NCBI GenBank assembly: GCA_030390025.1
Contig: JASTWF010000288.1
Location: 372,001-436,000 of the forward strand
From: Squalus acanthias
Lineage: Eukaryota
DNA: 64,000 nt
Direction of reading: 5' to 3'
The stretch's first letter is position 1; the number at the start of each line of letters is the position of its first letter. This document shows, piece after piece, positions 25,068 through 34,780 of this stretch. The position numbers were made by a program, and so were the translations under genes. The notes under the pieces were generated by a model that made no database searches, had not been told where the DNA came from, and saw only the letters and a list, made by a program, of their open reading frames with translations.

Positions 25068-26854
25068 TCCCATCAAACACTCCCAGGGCAGGTACAGCAT
25101 GGGTTAAAAACAGAGTAAAGCTCCCTCTACACTGTCCCATCAAACACTCCCAGGGCAGGTACAGCACGGGGTTAGATAAAGAGTAAAGCTCCCTCTACAC
25201 TGTCCCATCAAACACTCCCAGGGCAGGTACCGCACGGGTTAAATACAGAGTAAAGCTCCCTCTACACTGTCCCATCAAACACTCCCAGGGCAGGTACAGC
25301 ACGGGGTTAGATACAGAGTAAAGCTCCCTCTACACTGTCCCATCAAACACTCCCAGGGCAGGTACAGCACGGGTTAGAAACAGAGTAAAGCTCCCTCTAC
25401 ACTGCCCCATCAAACACTCCCAGGGCAGGTACAGCACGGGTTAGATACAGAGTAAAGCTCCCTCTACACTGTCCCATCAAACACCCCCAGGGCAGGTACA
25501 GCACGGGTTAGATACAGAGTAAAGCTTCCTCTACACTGTCCCATCAAACACTCCCAGGGCAGGTACAGCACCGGTTAGATACAGAGTAAAGCTTCCTCTA
25601 CACTGTCCCATCAAACACTCCCAGGGCAGGTACAGCACGGGTTAGATACAGAGTAAAGCTTCCTCTACACTGTCCCATCAAACACTCCCAGGGCAGGTAC
25701 AGCACGGGTTAGATACAGAGTAAAGCTTCCTCTACACTGTGCCATCAAACACTCCCAGGACAGGTACAGCACGGGTTAGATACAGAGTAAAGCTCCCTCT
25801 ACACTGTCCCATCAAACACTCCCAGGGCAGGTACAGCACGGGTTAGATACAGAGTAAAGCTTCCTCTACACTGTCCCATCAAACACTCCCAGGGCAGGTA
25901 CAGCACAGGTTAGATACAGAGTAAAGCTCCCTCTACACTGTCCCATCAAACACTCCCAGGGCAGGTACAGCACAGGTTAGATACAGAGTAAAGCTTCCTC
26001 TACACTGTGCCATCAAACACTCCCAGGACAGGTACAGCACGGGTTAGATACAGAGTAAAGCTCCCTCTACACTGTCCCATCAAACACTCCCAGGGCAGGT
26101 ACAGCACGGGTTAGATACAGAGTAAAGCTTCCTCTACACTGTCCCATCAAACACTCCCAGGGCAGGTACAGCACGGGTTAGATACAGAGTAAAGCTTCCT
26201 CTACACTGTCCCATCAAACACTCCCAGGGCAGGTACAGCACAGGTTAGATACAGAGTAAAGCTCCCTCTACACTGTCCCATCAAACACTCCCAGGGCAGG
26301 TACAGCACGTGTAAGATACAGAGTAAAGCTCCCTCTACACTGTCCCATCAAACACTCCCACGGTAGGTACAGCACGGTTAGATACAGAGTAAAGCTCCCT
26401 CTACACTGTCCCATCAAACACTCCCAGGGCAGGTACAGCACGGGTTAGATATAGAGTAAAGCTCCCTCTACATTGTCCCATCAAACACTCCCAGGGCAGG
26501 TACAGCACGGGTTAGATACAGAGTAAAGCTCCCTCTACACTGTCCCATCAAACACTCCCAGGGCAGGTACAGCACGTGTTAGATACAGAGTAAATCTCCC
26601 TCTACACTGTCCCATCAAACACTCCCAGGGCAGGTACAGCACGTGTAAGATACAGAGTAAATCTCCCTCTACACTGTCCCATCAAACACTCCCAGGGCAG
26701 GTACAGCACGTGTAAGATACAGAGTAAATCTCCCTCTACACTGTCCCCATCAAACACTCCCAGGGCAGGTACAGCACGTGTAAGATACAGAGTAAATCTC
26801 CCTCTACACTGCCATCTTGTGCTCTTCTGAGCTGGAATACCGTGTGTTTGATTG

Positions 26855-26883
26855 TGATTGGATAGGAGCTGCCGTGGCCAATC
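26855..26883 (+). promoter_or_regulatory. Putative proximal promoter of the MHC class I-like gene: inverted CCAAT (Y-box) followed by a CCAAT box
   Basis: TGATTGG at 26855-26861 and CCAAT at 26878-26882, 70-95 nt upstream of the ATG; same order as in class I promoters. Confidence 0.5.
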
Positions 26884-26950
26884 CCCTTCTGTTCAAGTGA
26901 CTGCTGATATCTGAGAGAGAGGAGACGAATTTGCGGCCATCAATGCTCCA

Positions 26951-27017
26951 ATGGCTTCTCTGCTGACAGCATGTTTCTTTTTTATCTTCCTGTGCTGTTT
27001 TCACGATGCATATTCTG
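26951..27017 (+). CDS. MHC class I-like heavy chain exon 1, signal peptide MASLLTACFFFIFLCCFHDAYS(G)
   Basis: ATGG start; hydrophobic core; A-Y-S cleavage motif; 67 nt ending at phase-1 donor G|GTAAGA; splices in frame to give mature N-terminus GAHSL. Confidence 0.85.
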
Positions 27018-27106
27018 GTAAGACAGCCATCTATCTAACTCTCTAATTTCCTCTATTGAGAACTCTGAGCGCTTTCTCTCGGAACAGTTTTTGGAGATTC
27101 ACTTAC

Positions 27107-27300
27107 CTGCAAGTTTTCTTTGATCTGAGAGAGGTTCTGCTTCTCTCGCTCTCCCTCCTCCTTTCTTCTGTGTTCACTGATGGGACTCGGGAGCTCTGCC
27201 CGGCCTCGATCCTCCGATGTCCTTCACAAACTGCACTGGGCTACGAACATCGAACGGGCAATGGAGCGATCTTTTCAAACCACTGAATGCTGTGCATGCG
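27107..27300 (-). other. Candidate non-coding first exon of an antisense transcript (5' end unknown)
   Basis: Perfect minus-strand donor CAG|GTAAGT (ACTTACCTG at 27101-27109) in unique, CpG-containing DNA. Confidence 0.25.
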
Positions 27301-27994
27301 ACACAAAACAGGAAATGCGACAGACGGAGGGGTCTGGTTCGCATTAGCAGGAACAGGATTGGTCTGCGTGGCTGCAAACAACTCAAAACTGAAAGTGTTT
27401 CACGAAAGTGATTTATCGGAAACGAGGTGGCAGTGGCTGGAAATTACAGCAAAAAGCCAAGTTGAAGGGATGAGATGGCCGTGCGGCTGGTCTCCATGAC
27501 TTCTAGTATAGAAGAGGAAGTTAGCATTTGGGTGTCACTGGTTGTAAATTGTATCGGGACATCTTGAAGAGGTTACAAAAGAGAGTTCTTATCAGATCTC
27601 TGAGGCTAGTCCTCAAAGAAAGCAGCTGATCACATCTCATAGAAAGTACATGGGGGCTAAATTAGATGATGCGATGATCCGGGGCGATACAGGCAGCAGA
27701 TTAAACTGCTGCTCCCGGCTGTTTGAGATGATCGCTGCGTGCAGCCAGCGCTACCTGTGCTGTTCAATGGCTACACATCAGCAGTGGGTCCGATATCACC
27801 AGTGCAGAGCGCTACTTAAAGGCAGCTTGCAGCGGGTAAAGGGGAGGTGCATTGTAGCTGCAGGAAGTGGTGGGATTCAGTTGTCAATTGAGCCTGTGCT
27901 GTCAAAGGTTGAAGAAAGGGTGGCCATTGGAGAGAGCATGCACCAAGGCTTTCAGACAATGCACTGGAGGTCTTAGTGGAAGAGGTGGAATGTA

Positions 27995-29038
27995 ATGCTC
28001 CTTCTACATTTTGTCCAACAAACACTCACAGGGCAGGTACAGTAAGGGTTAAAATAGAATACTGCTCGCTCTATACTGTCCCATCAAACACTCCCAGGGC
28101 AGGTACAGCACGGTTTAGCTACAGAGTAAGGCTCCTTCGACACTGTTCCATCAAACACGCTCTGGGCAGGCACAGTACGGATTTGATTCCGAGTAAAGCT
28201 CCCTCGACAGTGTCCCATCAAACACTCCTAGCACAAGTATAGCAATGGTTAGAAACAGAGTAAAGCACCCTGCACAGTGACCCATCAAATACACCCAAGA
28301 CAAGTACAGCACGTTAGATACAGAGTGAAGCTTCCTCTACAGTGACCCATCATACACTCCCTGGACAGGTACAGCACGGTTTAGATACAGAATAAAGCTA
28401 CCTCTACAGTGTCCCATCAAACACGCCATGGGCAGGGACATCACTGATTAAATACAGAGTAAAGCTCCCTCTACGCTGTCGCATCAAATCTTCCCAGAAA
28501 ATGTACAGCACGGTTTAGATGCAAAGTAAAGCTCCCTCTACACTTTCCCATCAAACACTCTAAGGGCTTACAGCAGGTAAGATACACAGTAAAACTCCCT
28601 CTAAACCTTCCCATCAAACACTCCCAGGGCAGGTACAGCACGGGTTAGATACCAAGTAAAGCTCCCTCTACACTGTCCCATCAAACACTCCCAGGGCAGG
28701 TACAGCACGGGTTAGATACCAAGTAAAGCTCCCTCTACACTGTCCCATCAAACACTCCCAGGGCAGGTACACCACGGGTTAGATACCAAGTAAAGCTCCC
28801 TCTACACTGTCCCATCAAACACTCCCAGGGCAGGTACACCATGGGTTAGATACCAAGTAAAGCTCCCTCTACACTGTCCCATCAAACACTCCCAGGGCAG
28901 GTACAGCACAGGTTAGATACCAAGTAAAGCTCCCTCTACACTGTCCCATCAAACACTCTCAGGGCAGGTACAGCACAGGTTAGATACAGAGTAAAGCTCC
29001 CTCGATACAATCCTGTCAAACACTCCCAGGCAGGTACA
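27995..29038. repeat. Block of 67-bp satellite, degenerate at left and homogeneous at right
   Basis: Same consensus as 25068-26811. Confidence 0.93.
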
Positions 29039-30182
29039 GAGCATGCACCAAGGTTTTCAGACAATGCTCTTAAGGTCCTGGTGGATGAGGTGGACTGTAC
29101 CAGCTGGGCGGTCAGTGGGGGGCGAGGGGGGTTGTTGGCGTATTGGGGCGTGCAGGGGGCCCTCCAGGCACATGCTATGGTGGCAGTGAGAATAAGTTGC
29201 GGCGGAGCTCAGTACCAGGAGTGTCTCTCCAAGAACATGGGAAAAGTTTAACAATCTCGCACGAGTTGCAAGGTCAGTGAATCCATCTACCCATTGCACC
29301 ACTAGCCTCATCCACTGCACAGTTCACTACCCCCCCATCACCCATCTATCAATCAGGAATGAACAGTGACACTCACATGCTTTACCTCCCCCTCACAATC
29401 TTAGCACTGTTGCAAGCCGAGCACCCTTAACTCACAGTTCGCACACACTGACATCTCTTCAACCATGACAGCCACATCACCCAAACATATATTACAGGAC
29501 ACTCACTGACACACTTCCCTCTTTCTTGCTGGATAATGTAGCGCCTAACAGCAGACAACAGGAAAGAACTGGAGGAGGACAAGTGCTCATGCTTGTTTTA
29601 ACTTCATGGAAAGAACAGTGCTGACCATCACAGAAAGTGGCTTCGCTGAGGCCGTGGCCACTGGCCGGGCTGAAGCGATTGATTAGGAGGGTATCTGTAT
29701 GAGGTGCTGCCCCTGCTGTCCTCTCTCAGGCTGACAACATTCCTGCTCCCATCCCTGCTACTCTGCCTGTCAGCCAGCCAGCCCAGTCTGCTGCAGCCCG
29801 GCCAAGATGGTGCAGTCTGAAGCCGGGCCCTCTCGGCCCAGAGGTGCTCGAGGTCGCCCTCCAAGCCCATCTGCCGTCTCCCCCATTGAAGGTCAGCAGC
29901 CTTTCACCAGCCATGCTACAGCCATTGGGGAAGCACCTGGTAGGAGCACCAGCAGAGACAAAGGCACACGGAAGAGGCACTAAGGGAATGCACGAGGGTG
30001 ATTAGTTTATTTTTGCATGCATTATGTCATGATTTAATATACAAATTTGGATTGGAATTTGCATTTTTTATTGGCTATGTTGTCGGAAAGAGGACGATGT
30101 GATAGAGTAAAAGTAAGGATTGTGAGACTGTTGGTGAATGGGGAGTTGTGGTTGAGGTTACTGACATCGCGCATCAATTATT

Positions 30183-31144
30183 TTATCATGTAGAGCCCGG
30201 GCAGAAAGGGGCTGTCTATGTCTACGGCTCTCTTCACTTTCCCAGTCATGCTCAATTCCAAGAGGAAGGCCTATCAGGCCGCCCATGTCTGGGAGCAACT
30301 TCTTTCCGCACAAGCCTTTAAATCACCAAAAAAGTACTTCAGCGTCAACCAGACCACTCCCTGTAGACTATTGAAATGTGAGGCAAGTATAGGAGAGCTG
30401 GAAAAATGCGTAGAATTGCACCAGCAGTCAGAAGAAATAATCCAGCGAATAACCTATCATTAGTGGATGATCCCTTGAAGTAGCGCTGGTGGGTGGGGGT
30501 GGGGGGATCCTTCATGCCATATAACATCATGTTCAGCTGTGTGAGGTTAAGACAGGGCATATACTGGAGCATGGCATTCAACAATGGCAGCGCTGGCATC
30601 AAATCAGTGATTGAGGTCCAAATCTGCCTACTCTGCCTGCTGCCAGCGGTCGTTAGTTGAGCGTGCACAAGCTATTGCACCAAGTTTGCGTCCGGTGCAC
30701 TTCACAGAATCACAGAATCCCCACAGTGCAGATAGAGGCCATTTCGGCCCATCGAGCCTGCACCGACACATATCCCACCCTATCCCCGTATTTAATCCCC
30801 CCTAACACTAAGGGTCAATTTATCATAGCCAAATCAACCTAACCCGCACATCTTTGGACTGTGGGAGGAAACCGGAGCACCTGGAGGAAACCCACGCAGA
30901 CACGGGGAGAATGTGCAAACTCCACACAGACAGTCACCCAAGGCCGGATTCGAACCCGGGTCCCTGGCGCTGTGAGGCAACAGTGCTAACCACTATGCCA
31001 CCGTGTTGCCCTTAGGCTCCCAGACATGTTGCTCCCAGACATGGGTGGCCTGATAGGCCTTCCTCTTGGAATTAAGCATGACTGGGAAAGTGAAGAGAGC
31101 CGTAGACATAGACAGCCCCTTTCTGCCCGGGCTCTACATGATAA
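30183..31144. repeat. 117-bp inverted repeat, arms 30183-30299 and 31028-31144
   Basis: Arms are reverse complements with 2 mismatches by manual comparison. Confidence 0.92.
30702..31011 (-). mobile_element. Full-length tRNA-derived V-SINE (HE1-like)
   Basis: Minus strand A box TGGCATAGTGG, B box GGTTCGAATCC, V-domain (GGGAGGAAACCGGAGCACC..GAAACCCACGCAG on +), CR1-like (ATTCTGTG)n tail. Confidence 0.9.
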
Positions 31145-31275
31145 CGTCATATTAGGTGGCTGATTAGTGCCGGAAACAAGGGGCAAACACAACCCAATTT
31201 ACCCCCCCCCCCCCATGTATTTATATCGCACTTTATCACATCTCAGAAACATCCCACAGAAGGAATTTGTATTTC

Positions 31276-32860
31276 ATAGAATCGGAGAAACTTGCAGCAC
31301 AGAAGGAGGCCATTCGGCCCGCCGTGCCTGTGCTGGCACTTTGAAAGTACAGTCGTGCTTATTCCCACATCCCCGCTTTTTATCCGTAACCCTGCAAGTT
31401 CCGGATCCCCAAGTACCCGTCCAACTCCCTTTGAAAATTATTGATGGAAACTGCTTCCATCACCTTTTCAGGTCGAGCGTTCCCGATCCCCACAACTCTC
31501 CGAGTGAAAGACTGTCTCCTCTTCTCCCCTCGAGATCTTTTGCCCATGATTATAAATCTATGACCTCTGGTCATTGGCCCACTCGCCAGAGGGAACAGTT
31601 TTCCTCTCTCTACTCTATCAAAACCTCTCATCATCTTGAGAACCTCTATTAGGTCGCCTCTTCCGAGGAGAACAGTCCAACAGTCAGTGGAACTGAATAT
31701 CAGGCACTGCGTAAAACGGTTGGCCAATCCCGTAGCGCTAGTTTTGCGCCATGACCTGAGATGAATTTCTGGGCCTATAACTATCCTCATCATGACCTGC
31801 TACTTTACCAAGTTTCGTGTCATCTGCAAACTTTATAACGCTGCTCCCTACACCTGAGTCTAGCTCGTTTATAAAAATTGAAGATTAAAGGACCCAAAAC
31901 TGACCCTGGGGGAACACCACTGCAAACCACCTCCGTGTCTGAAAAATATCCATCTACCACCACCCTGTGCTTCCTGTCACTGAGCCAAGTCCATATCTAT
32001 CCCACCACTTTCCCCTTAATTCCTTGGGCTTCCATCTTCTTAATAAGCCTCCTGTGTGGCACTTTGTCGAATGGCTTCCGAATGTTCATATATACAACAT
32101 CAACTGCACTACGTTGATCTGTCACTACCTTCTCTGTTACCTCATCAATGAATTCAACCAAGCTTGATTGGCACCCCATCCACCACCTTAAACATTCACT
32201 CCCTCCACCACCGGCGCACCGTGGCTGCAGTGTGTACCATCTACAAGAGGCACTGCAGCAACTTGCCAAGGCTTCTTCGGCAGCACCTCCCAAACCCGCG
32301 ACCTCTTCCACCTAAACGGACAAGGGCAGCAGGCGCATGGGAACACCACCACCTCCAAGTTCCCCTCCAAGTCAAACACCATCCTGACTTAGAAGTATAT
32401 CGCCGATCCTTCATCGTCGCTGGGTTAAAATCCTGGAACTCCCTCCCTAACAGCACTGTGGGAGAACCTTCAACACACGGACTGCAGCGGTTCAAGAAGG
32501 CGGCTCACCACCATCTTCTCAAGAGTAATTAGGGATGGGCAATAAATGCTGGCCTTGCCAGTGACGCCCACATCCCAAAAACGAATAAAGACAAAGCTAG
32601 ACAGGCACGATTTACCTTTGTCAAATCCATGCTGTCTTGATTAACCCATGCCTTTCCAAATGAAAGTTTATTTTGTCCCTGATACTGGTTTCCAATATCT
32701 TCCCCACCATCGATGTTAGGCTGACTGACCTGTAGTTTCCTGGTTTATCCCTTTGCCCTTTCTTGAATAGTGTTATAACATTAACAACCCTCCAGTCCTC
32801 CGGCCCCTACTCCTGTAACCAATGAGGATTGAAAGATTATGACCAATGCCTCTGCAATTG
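31276..32860 (-). mobile_element. Degenerate CR1 fragments with nested elements
   Basis: RGDLIEVLKMMRGFDRV and VDVVYM..KPFDKVPH on minus strand. Confidence 0.8.
32165..32593 (+). mobile_element. 3' end of a different non-LTR retrotransposon family, TSD AAGCT
   Basis: SLHHRRTVAA..IYK, SWNSLP, FKK ORF2-type C-terminus; GAATAAA tail; AAGCT on both sides. Confidence 0.75.
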
Positions 32861-33099
32861 AAATCGCACATTATCACATCTCAGAAACATCCCACAAAAA
32901 GAACTTCTATTAATGTCCCACTTTATCACATCTCTCAGTGAGTGTGGGAGCCGACACTTCTGGGTAGGGCTCGGCACCAGATTAATGTCCAACACTCTGT
33001 TACCCATATACTGCACGATCGAGCGCTCTTCGGGGGAAGGGGAGGGAACTGCTATGGGGGATGACAGATCAGTCTAACACCTTATTTTCATCCTTCCAG

Positions 33100-33360
33100 G
33101 TGCTCACTCCCTAAGTGTCCTACATACAGAACTGGCGCAGTGCGCTGATTTCCCCGAGTTTCATGCAGTGGTGATGTTGGACGATACTGTGATCATGAAC
33201 TATAACAGTGATACCAGCACTGTCCATCTTAAACATGAATGGATCGCAAAACACTTAACTGCTGATCAGAAGGAGCTTGAAGATCTGTCCGCACGAGAGG
33301 CCCACAATATAATGAAAACAGGACTGAACAATACCATGAGACTGACTAAGAGCACAGTCG
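33100..33360 (+). CDS. MHC class I-like heavy chain exon 2, alpha1 domain: GAHSLSVLHTELAQCADFPEFHAVVMLDDTVIMNYNSDTSTVHLKHEWIAKHLTADQKELEDLSAREAHNIMKTGLNNTMRLTKSTVG
   Basis: Branch CTAAC at 33074 plus TTTTCATCCTTCCAG acceptor; 261 nt, phase 1-1; donor G|GTGAGT; motifs GxHSL, FPEF.AV..LDD, Y.SD, W. Confidence 0.93.
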
Positions 33361-33599
33361 GTGAGTATTGATCAAGCGAATAAACTCAGTTTCCCAATTC
33401 CCCCGTGTGTGGTACTGAGCCCCACACAGAGCAGGAAGAGCACAGGTTCCATCCGTGTCTGTGCACAGTGAGCTGATCTATGACTGGGTGGTAGTGTGTG
33501 TACGGCTCTGAGCTTCATTGTTGCTGCGCTGGGGAGGGCCAGAGTGAGCTAGGGTCCCTGTTCAGAATACCAATTACAGAAGAGATTAGTTTGGAGGAC

Positions 33600-33950
33600 C
33601 CCAGGGATGGGAGCCTTTAGTTCCGAGGGACCAGAGGAACTAGGGTTGTTATGAAAGAAACCGGAGAAGGTTTAGAGGAGATCTTCTGGAGGTTTCAATG
33701 CTGGAAAGGGTTTCAATGAACCATTCCCACTGGTCAGAGAGTTGCTCACTAAAGGGCATCAATTTAAGGTCAACACCGAAGGAATGAAGGAGAGATTAGG
33801 AGGAATATCTTTAAACAGAGGTTTGATACAACAGGGAGTGACTAACCAGAAACAGTGGGGGGAGCGCATTCAAGAACAGCTTCGAGAGAGCAGTGAAACA
33901 TTTAAATTGGACTGGCAAATGTGACAGAGAAGGAGACTGAGGGGGGAACT
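33600..33950 (+). mobile_element. Very degenerate CR1 3' fragment
   Basis: GAGAAGGTTTAGAGGAGAT..TTCCCACTGG..GGGCATCAATTTAAGGT resemble CR1 3' motifs. Confidence 0.5.
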
Positions 33951-33960
33951 CGTTCTGAAA

Positions 33961-34780
33961 GAGAGCACAGGGGGTGATGGGGGAATGGGTCTGAGGGAGA
34001 GCTCGATCAGAGAGAGAGAGAGAGAGAGCACGGGGGGCGATGGGGGAATGGGTCTGAGGGGAGAGCTCGATCAGAGAGAGAGAGAGAGAGAGAGAGCACG
34101 GGGGGCGATGGGGGAATGGGTCTGAGGGAGAGCTCGATCAGAGAGAGAGAGAGAGAGAGAGAGCACGGGGGGCGATGGGGAATGGGTCTGAGGGGAGAGC
34201 TCGATCAGAGAGAGAGAGAGAGAGAGAGAGACACGGGGGGCGATGGGGGAATGGGTCTGAGGGAGAGCTCGATCAGAGAGAGAGAGAGAGAGAGAGCACA
34301 GGGGGTGATGGGAGAATGGGACTGAGGGAGAGAGCTCGATCAGAGAGAGAGAGAGAGAGCGCACAGGGGGCGATGGGGGAATGGGACTGAGGGGGGAGCT
34401 CGATCAGAGAGAGAGAGAGAGAGAGCACGGGGGGTGATGGGGGAATGGGTCTGAGGAGAGAGCTCGATCAGAGAGAGAGAGAGAGAGAGCGAGCGAGCGC
34501 ACGGGGTGATGGGGGAATGGGTCTGAGGGGAGAGCTCGATCAGAGAGAGAGAGAGAGAGCACGGGGGGTGATGGGGGAATGGGTCTGAGGAGAGAGCTCG
34601 ATCAGAGAGAGAGAGAGAGAGAGCACGGGGGGTGATGGGGGAATGGGTCTGAGGAGAGAGCTCGATCAGAGAGAGAGAGAGAGAGAGAGCACGGGGGGTG
34701 ATGGGGGAATGGGTCTGAGGAGAGAGCTCGATCAGAGAGAGAGAGAGAGAGAGCGCACAGGGGGCGATGGGGGAATGGGA
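33961..34780. repeat. Compound tandem repeat of about 60 bp: GCACGGGGGGYGATGGGGGAATGGGTCTGAGGGAGAGCTCGATCA + (GA)n, about 13 copies
   Basis: Directly visible; unit length varies with the GA tract. Confidence 0.95.

Larger units (their letters stand above)
15720..26811. repeat. 67-bp satellite GGGTTAGATACAGAGTAAAGCTCCCTCTACACTGTCCCATCAAACACTCCCAGGGCAGGTACAGCAC, broken by four insertions; most homogeneous block 25068-26811
   Basis: 67-bp periodicity; blocks at 15720-15902, 16922-17794, 19001-19020, 22645-23038 and 25068-26811. Confidence 0.97.
27653..31214. mobile_element. Degenerate Harbinger-derived element with nested insertions, in MHC intron 1
   Basis: Imperfect TIRs GGGGCTAAATT / AATTTACCCC; possible TSD ATG; Myb/SANT-like remnant (EHAPRFSDNALKVLVDEV). 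Confidence 0.55.

Noticed and set aside
25068-26811. CRISPR-like array
   Set aside because: Head-to-tail identical units with no unique spacers, no cas genes, vertebrate context; the same applies to the 25-bp and 33-bp arrays
27056-27286. ORF with hydrophobic LLLSLSLLLSS as the MHC leader
   Set aside because: No ATG start and no suitable donor; 26951-27017 is a much better leader exon
30300-30700. Harbinger DDE transposase coding remnant
   Set aside because: Could not recover convincing motifs by eye
30940-31011. tRNA gene on minus strand
   Set aside because: It is the tRNA-derived head of a V-SINE, continuous with the SINE body and tail
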